Shown here piece by piece: positions 14,067 to 27,120 of a stretch of DNA of 64,000 nt; position 1 is the first letter of the stretch, and each line of letters begins with the position of its first letter. The notes under the pieces are model-generated. The model did no database searches. It was not told the origin of the DNA and worked only from the letters and a program-made list of their open reading frames with translations. The DNA comes from Adineta vaga (taxonomy: Eukaryota > Animalia > Rotifera), in the NCBI GenBank assembly GCA_021613535.1, contig CP075493.1:8122001-8186000 (forward strand), written 5' to 3'. The position numbers and the translations under genes are program-made.

Positions 14067-15238
14067 AATATCATTGTAATTTACTGTGTTTTGTTTTTAA
14101 ATTTTTTTTTGTTCAATTTGAAATAATGTGATTATGAATGGAGGATAAGAATAGAAATCAATAAGTGATAAAGCACTAGAGTTCATTGATGAGGAAATAG
14201 AATTGAATACGATAGATTTATTGGCACGCGGAAGAACATATGGAATAGGTGATAGTATGATGTTACTATGTACTTTGATAAGTGGTATAATATAGTAACA
14301 TATTTATTATGTACAATATGATGGATGGAGTTGATCGGAATGAAGGTCAAGACTTTGTTTTCGTATAACTAAGATAAGAAATGTGAGAAGATAAATCATT
14401 TTGTTACTGAGATGGATAAGAAGAGAAAAATATGTTTATCTCATATCTCATTGTGTTATGATTGTTTGATAGAAAATCTTAATCACTAATGGAAACTTTT
14501 GTTAGAATAATTTTAGCATTTTCGTAGACTTCTTTAAGGATCGATCAAAGAAGTTACACGAATTAAGAAAGATGTGTTGTTTCCCGATTTGCTCAAGTAA
14601 TAGTCTATGGAAATAATGCTTTAATATAATGTATTTAATCAATCATACAGACAGTCAGAAGGTGAATGAAGTTTCAAGACATTGAGTATACTTGACTAAT
14701 ATAGTAAACATCTAGTTATTGAAAGAAATATTACGGTACTCAACTTCGCATTTCTTTCTGAAGTGATCACAGTGGCAGTCCGTGTGGGTAATAGTACTTA
14801 TCATGACTATCACGACTTTCAAGCAATTTTATATCGAGTGGCATTCGTAATCAGTATGTGTCACAAGATTTGAGTTATTTTCTCTCGGCGTGGGATGTAT
14901 AATACGTTCACTTAGTTTTCAAATCAATTGTATATTGGCATAATACTCGTTTTTATTTGTAATATGGAATTTTCTTTCATTCTCTCTCTTTCTCTCTTTC
15001 TTCTCTGTCATTGGAGTAAACAAAATATATATACATATATGTAATCCATCTGAAACAGTTATAAATCAATCAATAAACAAACATTCATTCAGAAATCCAT
15101 ATATATATATATGTATATATTGATAGACAACATCCGTAAAAGACGGAGAGAAAGAGAAGAAAATGAAGTTAAGATGAAATGATTTTATTTTATTTATTTA
15201 CGAGACCAATAATCTAAGAAATAGAGAGAAAGAGATGA

Positions 15239-16446
15239 TTAGATTTGAAAATTGTCTGATAATAACTTACTTCCGAGTTGAATGCCATCGATTGTATCCA
15301 TATGATTAGATCCTTGTAGTTGTTCAGATGATTGTTGTTGACTCATTGATTTCAACATTTCTTGAAATTCTTCTGTATCCAACATACGAAAACGTTTCAG
15401 ACGATCATCTAACATTGAGTGAATACGTTTAGGAGATCGATGATTTTTTTGACGTGTACCTGTCGATTGAACAAGATGTGCAGGATTGGTTAATTTATTT
15501 GGATGAAATTTTTTTCGAAAAATTCGTTGACGTGGACGAGGACGAACAGGTCCATTCTCAACTAATGATCCGACATCGACTACTAAATTCGATGAATCTT
15601 TGATTGAATGAACATTTTTCTGGTCAGTAGGCATTAACAAATGAGTAGCTTCGTCATTTAATGTAGCCAATTTCTTGTCAGTTGCCAAGATCTATGAGAA
15701 AAATAAACTATTACATTGCTAACATCTGTCTATCGTGCAGAAAATCATATTAACAGTTCGACAGATATTATTGGTAGACAGTGAAATCTGAGTCTAAATC
15801 GATAAATTTTCTGCATTTTAAAAATCATGTAAACATTTTTTTTACTTAACGATTGGAAAAGAATATTCAAGAGGTTATTGTGTCGCCCCCATAATTCATG
15901 ATTTGAATAACAAGACTAAATATCATATATAGTAAATGTATTGTCATTCGATTCTATTTTAATCAAATGTAACAAAGAACATAAAACCGTTATTAATTGT
16001 TCTTATTATTTTTCCTTATTCTATAAAATTTTAAGTGAGCTTTTTCTTCTTATTCATAAAAGCATAAAAAAATCTACGAAAGAACTAAAAGAGTGTTTAA
16101 TCATCTTATATTTGAATTTTTTCTCGACTCGCGTTTTCATTTCAAGAAATCAGTAAATAATTATTAACCATTTCACAATCGATGACCTGTTTTCGTCATC
16201 ATTGACATTTCTTTTCTTCCTATAGAAAGTAGCAATATTATAGTTTTATTGAGAATACGATCATATTTTCATAATGAGAACAATAAAACGACTATTATTA
16301 GTTGCTCCGTAGTTCAATATCCGGCAATAATTTACCAGTCAAATACTTACGGATGAAGCGTCGGCGATTGCTACTTGCCATAGAAGTGTAACGAATATGA
16401 AGACAACATGAAGGAATAAAGTTAATTTAAGAAATCCACCAAGCAT
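15239..16446 (-). CDS. Secreted prohormone/neuropeptide-precursor-like protein (2 exons, about 182 aa)
   Basis: Exon 16446-16351 encodes signal peptide MLGGFLKLTLFLHVVFIFVTLLWQVAIADASS with a gtaagt donor. It splices in phase 0 to 15691-15239 (acceptor tctcatag). Basic sites RKK, KR and KR. Confidence 0.6.
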
Positions 16447-17929
16447 ATTTCGAGATTTTACGAAGTCTTTTGCTTAATCTAAAATCAAAAAAGAAAATGA
16501 GAGAAAATTCTTTTTCTTCCTTTATAGTCGAATGGGAATAATATATTCATGATAAAAAGTTCTCTTTCTCTTGCACATACATACATAGGTCGACTGTAAG
16601 AAGAAGAAAAAATTGATTTTTCTTTGTTGTATCTAATATAAAGGGGAAAAGAAACAGAAATCATATATCTGCTACGTAAATAACATTTCTGACTTTTGCT
16701 TGTTAGCATGAATTAAAAAGATTAACTATAAAATGCATGCGTGCGTTTGATCTTCAGTTAGAAACTACGCATAACTTAATGAATTTCAGTACAAAACATA
16801 AAGCTCAAGAGAAATGTAACAGAAAACCAGAAGTAATAAAGAGTAGAAATCAAATCGATTGGAAAGAACTGGGTTTTTTTCTATTAGGAAAAATCAATAT
16901 GAACGTTATTCAATGATTAAACTCGAATAAAATAACAAGAACGCTTATTTTCCCTCACATAATATTTCATATTCTATGTTTGATTGCCTATCATCTTATC
17001 GTCATCGTTTCTTTCTCTTTAGTATGACAAAAAGAAAACAGAATACAACATTACGTTGTAAGGAGAAATTATTCTCTATTTTCTTCTCATTGATCGAATG
17101 TTGAAGCGCTGAAAAACAAAAGACAAATAAAGAAAAGTTGTTTTCTATTCTTTTAATTAATTTCTTCTCGTTCAATTTCTTCAATAAAATGACAGCAATT
17201 AATTCATCTATCTCTACGATTCTTCCGACAGGATCAGTTGAATTTCCGGATAGATTATCTTCGAAAGTCAGATCAATTTCTACAAATAATTTATAATAAC
17301 AAGCGGAAATAAATCAGAAAACATCCGAAATATTAATTAGAATAAAAACTAAAATAACTTTAACATGCAAAATAAACCTTTTCTTTATATTCATTACGAA
17401 TCAATTCTTTTTCTTATAATTTTAATGAGAATACTACTTTCATCCTAATGTTCTTTTTTGCGTTCATAATTTGATGATAATAAGTATTTATCTATGATTT
17501 TTATACTTAAAAGAAAAGATACTTCTATCATTTCGTTGTTAGAATCGACTTTTCTTTTCTTCAATAAGGTACAAACATAATCGAAAACATATTTAGAAGA
17601 GCTTGAGTACTTTCATTGCTTCGATGTTTATGAACATCTGTTTCGGATATGTAGAAATCAAGAACGAAGAGTAATCATATTGAGCATAGTCTGGTATACA
17701 TCCAGTAATCATCAAAGGTCTTAATCTATGAACGCCGTTGATTTCATTTAATGAGATCAGTCAAGAAGATATTTGATAATTGTCACGCATTGATCATTAT
17801 TTTTTTTCATATACTATTTCGTCATGTTGATTTCAAAAGAAATGTACGATTAAAATTGTCTTAGAAACAAAAATATATTTCGTTTGAATAAATAATTAAC
17901 AAAAACAAAATGATAAAAAATATCACTGA

Positions 17930-19316
17930 TTAAATTTGATTCGATGTTTTTGCCGTTTTATAAATATCTAAAAGCCATTTGAATGCTTCAAATGATCGTT
18001 CATAACTAATTTCATGTTCACCATAAATTGTATTTAAAAATTCAGTGATATGAGTTTTATGTTGATGAATATTTTTGACTAATTGTTGATCGAGTGTTCG
18101 ATTATACACTGAAGGAAATAAAAATCCTTGCCAATCAAATTTACGACGAGGATTATACATTAAATAAGCATGCTGATTTAACCAACGATAGCGTTGTAAT
18201 TGATGATACAGGAAATGAGATGTATCACGATTGATTTCAGGAATGCGATCATGAAACGTTGTTGATGTTAATTGTACTGGTTCAATAGGTAAAGTAATAC
18301 ATGGAATCTTTTGTTCAATAAAGATCTGTTTTGATACATTAATTCGTTGTTCAGAAGCAAATTCAATATCACGTAACATCTAAATAAAATCAGTCATTGA
18401 AAATTATTATCAAAAGAAATTCCATTCGATATGTAGTGTATTATTATACGTACATGTATCCATGCTGTTGCTGGATAACTTCTATTTTGGACATATGTAT
18501 ATAAGATTTCAGGGAGAATGATTGAAGTGAATATAATCTGTCCTTGAATAGGATATTGCTGATTAATGGCAAGTATACTTGAAAATATTCCACCACTCGA
18601 TGAACCAAATGTAAAACGTGGTAATAGTACTTTAGAGAGAAAAAAAGCAAAGTAATTCTTATGAGAAGTAATGAATGAATTTGTCTTACTTAATTCTGGA
18701 TGATCTTTGAAGAAACCTTCTAATCCTTTCGTAAACATATGTACATCTTTATTTTGATAGATATCAGCTTCATTGGACCAACAATTTGTTAGTTTATCTG
18801 TTGCTTGAAACACTAAACATGTAAAACCAAGATCAATTGCAGCACCAATAATTCGTTGTCGTTCAGTAGTATGAAACCATTCATAAGCTGAATGTCGACA
18901 ACTATGAAATATCAATAACAAAGCTACGACTGATGTTTTCGTGGAAATCGATATAGAATTTCTGTACTATTCATGTACGTTCGATTTTCATATGTCAATG
19001 TTTCTGATTTGAGAAAATTGAAATCATTATATGTAATATAATAATCATAATTTAATGAAATTTTCTTTCCATAAAAATCTCTTGGTTGATAATATTTCAT
19101 GTCATCCTTAGATGAGATATATACTAAACGTTTACTAGATTGTGATACAAAAATAGATGATAGACCATCGAAGATGAATTCTGATGTAGCATAGAATGTT
19201 ATTAGAAAAGTTATTGATGATGATAAAGCTCCCAGGATTACTAAAGATAAATAACGTATTACTCGTCTACGACGATTTTTAGAACGACTTCGCTTTGGTA
19301 CGTCTTGATCAATCAT
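17930..19316 (-). CDS. Type II membrane-anchored alpha/beta-hydrolase-fold protein (one apparent 1-nt frameshift at about 18936)
   Basis: Basic N-terminus plus TM (VIRYLSLVILGALSSSITFLITF), nucleophile elbow GSSSGG, candidate acid in HMLRD and His in YGEHEI. Introns near 18690-18630 and 18450-18380. Confidence 0.75.
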
Positions 19317-19740
19317 AGCACTGAATAAGAAAGGAATGATTTAGCATTTTTTAATGTACATTATCAACAAGAGTTTCCTTTTGCATGCTTCACTGCTCAA
19401 CTGATTTTCGAAAGACATAACATACATACATGTATGTATGTATATATATTCGAATAAAGTTTCGCTGGATGTAGAAATACACCAATATAAAATAAAATAG
19501 ATGTCGTTAGAATTGATTTTTCGGGGTAATAAATGGATAGACGTCTGATGATGTTTATTTGTTGACTATTTGTCCCTTTTCTATTTTCTATGACTATGAT
19601 ATGACATTGTCAGAAATGAAATTATATAACCAAATATACTAGTTTTCTATTTAGATGTATCGATGATTATCGATATTTTCGAACAAATATTCTATTTGAT
19701 AGATTGATATCATTTAAAAGAGAAAAAAAAACTTAAAAAA
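19317..19740. promoter_or_regulatory. Likely bidirectional promoter between the hydrolase and ZNRF
   Basis: Head-to-head ATGs with 424 bp between them. Contains a 22-bp palindrome (19420-19441) and DRE-like TATCGATG/TATCGATA (19658-19675). Confidence 0.5.
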
Positions 19741-20932
19741 ATGGGTGCACGATTAACTACTCCACCCTCTTCAACTTCTTCATCATCGACAACAGCACAT
19801 CGAAATACTGGTACTGGTACTGATTCAACAACAAATCTAGCTCATCCACGTACACATTCAAATAGTTCAAATCATCATTCTCGTCATCGTTCAAGTAGTG
19901 GACATCATAATTCTCACGGATTATTTCCAAGTAATTCTTCAAATCATAATCGACATCGTACTACATCAACAAATATTGATCCGGTGTCTGCGGCAGCATT
20001 TAATTTTAATCTATTACGTTATGTTGGACTTGAACATGATTCTGATGATCAAAGTTCCGATGATGAATCACCACAAGCTCGACGACGATTACAACGTTTT
20101 TTAATTGCACTTCATGATGTTCCATGTCCTGTATGTAATAAAACAATTCCACGAGATACATTTGATAAACATATTGTGCAATGTTTATCAAAACCTCGAA
20201 TAGATTATAATGGTTTGGGTTTTTTTTCTAATTTAGAAATCAAACATGAATTTTGTTTTATGTAGAGGATACGTTAACAGAAGACAAAGGTGAATGTGTT
20301 ATATGTCTTGATGATCTACTAGAGGGACAAAAAATTGCTCGATTGCCATGTCTTTGCATTTATCACAAAAGGTAAATTCAGATATATCAACTAAGTAGAT
20401 TTATGTTTTCCATATTGATTCTTATTTCTATTCGCAAAAACGAGACTACAAACGTCATTTAAGATAAGTTACTGTGTAGACATAAGATAAATCTTTTATA
20501 TGACCTCTACTTGAAGGGTAACAGTGCATCAAATCATTTTTTGATATTGAAAAAAATCAAGTCAATGTTGATTTCTGATACTATTACAAATGTTTATCTT
20601 ACAATTTATCTTTCGAACAGCAGCGTGTGCTTGATCTACAATGATAAATATTTACTCGCTATAGTGTTAAATAATCCTCAATGATCTGATTTCAATATCA
20701 AACGTAGTTTAGTTTCATTTGAAAACTGTATGATCTAGAATGTTATTGAAGTAGTCAGACAAACTTTCCTATACAAAAATTAGATATAGTATCGAAATGA
20801 TAAACATCTGTTTTTGCAATGAATTAAAGAATTCTCTTTTGAAAATTGATGATATACTTTTTCTATGTTTTCAGTTGCATCGACAATTGGTTTCGTATTA
20901 ATCGATCATGTCCTGAACATCCCGGCGATTGA
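19741..20932 (+). CDS. ZNRF: E3 ubiquitin ligase ZNRF1/2-like (myristoylated, C2HC zinc finger + RING-H2), 3 exons
   Basis: MGARLT N-terminus; CPVCNK...HIVQC; exons 20266-20371 and 20875-20932 give GECVICLDDL...IARLPCLCIYHKSCIDNWFRINRSCPEHPGD*. Confidence 0.93.
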
Positions 20933-21871
20933 ATCTAAGTACATACATGATTTGTTTCTTTTTGATTTATTATATTTGTTGCGTGTATAGTTATTAACAC
21001 GCATTTTATTCTTTCGTTTTTCTTCTCAATCAAACTTCTTTGCCCTATTCTTGATGTATTCGGCGTTTAAAAACGCATCCACTATCATCATCATCATCAT
21101 CATGGTTTTCGTTTGTTTGCTGTAATAGAGAACCATCAGAATATTTCCTATGAGTACCTAAAACACACTGATTGATGCAAACACGCGAACGAATTCATTC
21201 CGTCCGTGTGCAAACATTTCTTTCTTTTCTATTCCTTAAAAAAAATCGATGTTTATAGTGAAAAAAAAAACCAAGACAAACATCAGTACCGTTTCCTTGC
21301 TTATTTTTGTATTATGAAATCTTTAAACAAAGAACTTTGATTTTGTATAAATGTGTCTTTCAAAAAATCAATTATTGTCTTTGCACCATAAGAGTTATCT
21401 ATATAGACGTGAATATGAAAGTATTATACATAGAAAAAAAAGTATCCCCAATTGTAAGGATCGATCTACATATATACATATATATATTTTTTCTCTCTTT
21501 TGTCATGTTTCCAGTGCACAGTTATCTTTTTTTCTTGTTAGCAAAGAAAAAGAAAAAAGTTGCTAGCATTTGTATTTGATCCTTTTTTTTCTGCTCCTCT
21601 CTCACTTTTCTTTTACTTATTGTTGTTGCTGTTGTGTTTGTTCCCTTTATGATTATTAACTATATGTACATTATTGGTCGCTTGTCTTTTCTTCTTTTTC
21701 TTGTCTTTTTCTCAATTATTATTTCTTTATTTGGCTTTTTTACGGAAATAAAGTCTAATTGACCGATAAACGAATCGAAATTAATAACTTAATAATATAC
21801 ACGTGCATACTTTTCTCGTTTCGAAATTTATTTCATATTCTTTCTTTCTTGTTTAAATATAAATAATGAAT

Positions 21872-24032
21872 TTAATCTTCATCATGAAGATTATTTGTAT
21901 CAGTTGTTAATCGTGCACATTGATCCGATGCTTTTTCTTTTCTATTTTCAAGTTTAGCAATTCTCGAACCAAATTGTATTGCACGTTTTGGATATTTTGA
22001 TGATTGTAAAAGAGATAAATAATGGCAAGCAACATATCGTAGAAGATATTTCTCACCAATACCACGTCCTAATCGTAAATCTGTTTTGTACCAAATAGGA
22101 ATTGAATAAAGATATTCAACAAATTGTTCGTCAAGAAATGGAAAGCGAACTTCTTTACCCAAACTACTAATGACGCTGAAAGATTAACAAAAAGACATAA
22201 ATTACGATATGACTATGAAAGAAACACTTCAAATACCGATCATCTCGTCCTAGATTTCGTTTAGAAATTCGATTGATTTCCATGTCAAGTTCATCCTCAA
22301 GTCCTTTCCAACCATGTGTTTGAAATGTTGTTCGATGTCGAGAATAACCAGCTAATTGTTCATCAGCACCTAGACCCGACAATAATACCTGGTAAATGAG
22401 AACAATTACAAAGAAAACTAGATTTATTTTAATGAACGTTGTTTATTACTTCTGCTGGACTTTCATAGGATGTATTATCAGAATGAAGTTTTCCATTACC
22501 ACGTGCAGCAAACCAAAGAGCACTACCAATACTATCATCTAAGACGGTTGAACATGGATAGATAACAGTTTTGATAATATTTTCACGATAATATCGTAAT
22601 TCATTCAAATCAATATCAATCTACATCAAAATTAATTAGTCAGAATAGAATGAATATACGAAAAAGGAAATATTTACTTTAACAAAATTCCATTGTCGAG
22701 CTGGATTGAGTTCAGTTAGAGCTTGTAAACCTAAATAAGTATATCATTCGTTTTACTTCTCAATCTTGAATTCTCTTTTTCCAGCATATAAATATTCAAT
22801 TTTAGCATTACCTGTCTGTCGATCGGCGGGTGGTGCTGAAACATCTGAGAAGAAGGCCACATTAAGCAGATCAATAGGTTCATTAATTGGCAAAATTCGA
22901 TCAGCTAATGCTGTTAATACAGTCGAATCGATTCCACCGGAAAAAAGAATTGCTAATTTTGCATGTTGACATCCATCGATTGGACGAAGAATTCTATTTG
23001 TTGATCGTTTACATTGTCGACAGAGAGATGGAAGATTTGAAATACGTCGTTGAACAGCTGTTTGTAATTGATTAAGAAATGTTGTCGAAATATTTTGAAA
23101 TATTGCATCATTTTCAAGTTCAGTTATTAAAGCATTCGGTGGTTCCGTAGAAATTCTATCTATTGAATGTTTCATATACGGAATAGTATCAATTTGAAAT
23201 GTATTATCCGGTAATTTGATTGATAGTTTATGAAGAATATTTGATTCAAGTTCTGTATATGACTAGAAAGAAATCAATGATTTATAAATAAAGATAGAAA
23301 GAAGATATTTTACGAATTGATGAAGTCGAACAGAACTTAAGATCATTTTTAAATTTGATTGATTATCATTGATGATTGAATACATCAAACTTCGTCGTCC
23401 TAATCGATCTCGTCCATAATATAAACAATTGTTTTGCTTCTAAACTAAACAAAATGATTATCAATGAAGTAGATAGAATAACAAAGAAATTGAATAGTTC
23501 ATACTTGATAGTAGATAAAAGCAAAGCATCCTTCTAACTGTGATATTAATTGACAAATCTCCAAATCAGTTGAACACTGTTTTAAATGTTGAGATAGAAG
23601 TAATCCATCATTATCATCGGCTTTGATCTATCAAAATCAGAGCAAATCGATCGAATCTTGTGAAAAGAATTACTAATCACAAACTTGAAATGGTGCTTCA
23701 TAAATTTCTCCATTATATAAGAGTATATTTCCATTATCATCAATAAATGGTTGTTCTTGTTTGAAACCTCGAAGAGAAAGAACACTAACTGCAAATGTTA
23801 CATATAAATCGGTTGCTAAAGCAATGGGTCCATATTTTTTTTGAAAATCAGGACCACGTGCATTTAATGGAGTATAATCGATCGAAATCGGTGGTAACTA
23901 AAATAGAAAATATTTTAGATAATAGAATAATAATGAACACTGATATAATCCAAAACTAGTGTAATGAATACATTATAATAGTATGATTAATCATTTTACC
24001 TGTGTATGCAGACAAAAGCAGATACCACACAT
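21872..24032 (-). CDS. ASNSD1: Asparagine synthetase domain-containing protein 1, multi-exon
   Basis: Start MCGIC; motifs [74 protein letters not shown] and [13 protein letters not shown]. Confidence 0.93.
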
Positions 24033-24907
24033 AATGAGAATAATAAATCTAGAAATATGAAAGATGAATATTGTTTACAATAAGATATTATTTCATCATA
24101 TATGTTTCGACAGAAATGATTCATATGTTATAAACGCGATGGATAGAAATCAAAAGTAGAAGAACCAATAGTAGTTTTTTTTATTCGATAGATGATGTTG
24201 TTTTCAAAGAATAAATAAATAAGTAAGTCTAATTGATTCAAAAACGACTAAAAAGAATTGTTTATTGAATCTAATCTTATTGGTGTATAAAAAACAAAGA
24301 TTTTCGTATCTATTCCAGATAGATCGATGATGATAAACTTCTATTCAAGATATTGAATTAAGGAACATCATTTTTTTTTATTGACGTTTTCTATTTTCAT
24401 CTGAGAAGTATAAAAGGAAGTTAGTAAAATTATGTTTTGATTGTCATCGGGTTGCTATGCTGTGTCAACTATTAGAAGAAATAATCATTTATCATAGAGA
24501 TAAGAAATAATATAAAATGATACGATTTATATAAAACGATGTCATTTAAAATCATTGATAAAACATTTCATAAAATATTGCAGTATAAATAATTGAAAGT
24601 TAAAGGTATGTGGAATATTTTAATTGTATGATAATTAATATAGAAATCGAAAATGATTGTCTGTAATTAATGCTGATAATAAATGTGATCGTATATTTGA
24701 ATATAATAAAACACTTTATGAAATGTAATCTGTAGCTTTTATAACATCACTTAAGCTTTCTCCTTAAAACGAAAGAAATGTAAGAATTGATTTCATCATT
24801 TAAACGCCAACACATTTCGTGTTTTTATAATGAATTGTAATTGAACTTAATACTACGTTTTGCATTATTTTATAATTCTTCATAGAAAACAAATCATATT
24901 AACGAAC

Positions 24908-27120
24908 ATGTATTACAAGAATGCATTTACTTCATTTCATGGTTTATATCTAATCTTTCTTTTCATATGTATCTTAAGTAAAAGAATCGATTTTTTTCTT
25001 ATTTAAAAGTAAATACAACTGTTATTATAGTCTTTAGCATTGTTCAAACAGCATCAGCACAATCTTGGTCGAATCATATACGAGATTTATCACCAAAAAC
25101 ATATATATCTCATTCTGACAATAACTCGATCGATCAATATCCAGTAAACGAGGAATTCATGCTACTCAGAGATAAGCATAAAAATCATCCATTGACAAAA
25201 TTCAAGTCATACAATACATCATCAACAACCTGTACAACTGTAACCAAGACGAAATCAATAACTAATATATCTTCTCCAGTTATCAATCACTCAATTGGTC
25301 ATCTTGGTAGACGATTATTGAATGAGCCAAGTTATGACACGGATCTCGATATTTCATCTCCACAAGCATTACTTCAAGATGATAATGAAATCGGAGATTT
25401 CCTTCAAGTTAACGAAGAAGATATGCACAAAGCATTTGTTACCTTCGAAATCACAACTGATGGAAGTGGTGAGAGTATGTATAAATGTATAGCAATTAAG
25501 ATCAAATGCAGTCATTTTCTTTTTTTTTTGTTCTGATTATCTAGCAACGGATTATACAACAGAATACAGTACTGGTGAGTTATCACATTCGTTTTCTTTT
25601 ACTAACATATTTTACTACGAATGTATTTGTAATAAACATTATTCCAACATTAACCACAGATACGTCTTCGACAATAACTGTATCATTTATAACAACCGAC
25701 AAATCGACAGCTTTAACTACGTTTCAAACATCTTCGGGTGCGATTACAACAACAGTCAAAGTACCTGAAAACATAGGTGAATCTTTGGTATAACATGACT
25801 GAGATGATAATTATAAATTTTCTTTTAGTTCTTTCAAATATAACTACATTTGAAATCAATGTCAACTGTATAGATCCCAACACTACATTAATAAACGTAT
25901 TACTTTGTTAAAATACTTTTCTGTTGTACAATTTTCTTCAATTCAGATAATAACTCAATTTAATGTATATTTCTACTATACCTATAATGTGTCATATCAA
26001 ATTTCAAATACACCAAAGTATGTAGAAACAAATACAGATAATGTGAACTAGTTTTTTTTCATTCAGTTGCCCGAAGTCGTCGACAGCGAAAGCAACATTA
26101 ACATTTTATACCAGTAATAATACAACAATATTGAATGATCTTTACAGAATTCTGAAAAATATAACAGGATACATGAACATTGACTTGTATAGTATCAATC
26201 TATGTGGATATAATATTGAACCAAGTAAGTAACAAAATATTACAGTTCCTTAAGTATGTGTTTTGTAGTTGAATATGGAAGATGTAGCTCTTGTACCAGT
26301 ATACTAGATTAAGTTCTCTTATTTAGTCTTGGTAACGAATGTAACATCCTGTTTTCTTATCGATCAATGTAGTTTATGTGGTAGAAATAAATCACGTGGA
26401 ACCTGTGATCCAAAACAAAATTTAAGTAAATGTCGATGTTATATAAATGATGATGATCCGACAAGACCGTATGAGGGTGATCTTTGCGCCGAACCAGGTC
26501 CAACAACGATCAAACCTACTGCTTCAATATCTCGTTGGATTCCAATTGTTGTTGGTATTCTAGCTGGTTTAACTGCTCTGTTTTGTATAATTACAAGTTA
26601 TCTTTTGATTATGGCAATTTCACATCGTCGACATCGTTCTCGAGAACGAGTCATTCATAGTTCGTAAGTTTCAATGCATCTTATAAATTGTTTCGACTAC
26701 TTTACTTGAAATAGAGCACAAAAACAATTTAACGGTTCATGGTATTTACCACGAGCTCGAATACCAACATCCGTAACTGCAGAAAACGTTTATAATTACT
26801 TGCAAAATGATGTTTCTACGTCGAGTATTCATCGAACAAATTCTAATCATACAGAATTTAATTCAATGGATGATAAATTTTTGCAAAGACTTGATCAACA
26901 AATAAATCCACAATCAAATACAACAACATCGGAATCCATGCATAGTATTAGGGCATATAATATAGAGTCCGATACTATATCATCATTGCATAGTTATGAT
27001 CCTATCTATGAACTTGATGCCATTATCGATAGTGGAAATTTGCACATGGATTTTCATGATTCATCAAATGAGCTCTATAGAAACATTAGAGAACATGAAG
27101 TGATCTATTCATATCTTTAA
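24908..27120 (+). CDS. Type I membrane glycoprotein A (signal peptide, DGSG site, short S/T stalk, SEA-like, EGF-like, TM, Tyr-motif tail)
   Basis: ATG 24908 plus exon from 25031 give signal peptide ...LIFLFICILIFSIVQTASA. Also TDGSGE, EGF-like QCSLC...GTC...KCRC...YEGDLC, TM WIPIVVGILAGL..., and tail WYLPRARIPT...YDPIYELDAIID...VIYSYL*. Confidence 0.75.
25210..25612 (+). repeat. About 400-bp near-identical block shared with gene B (partner about 29167-29573)
   Basis: The exon end, intron, 30-nt micro-exon and start of the next intron match almost base for base between the two genes. Confidence 0.9.

Noticed and set aside
24033-24400. ASDURF-like upstream ORF, as in vertebrate ASNSD1 mRNA
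   Set aside because: No convincing ORF seen upstream on the minus strand.
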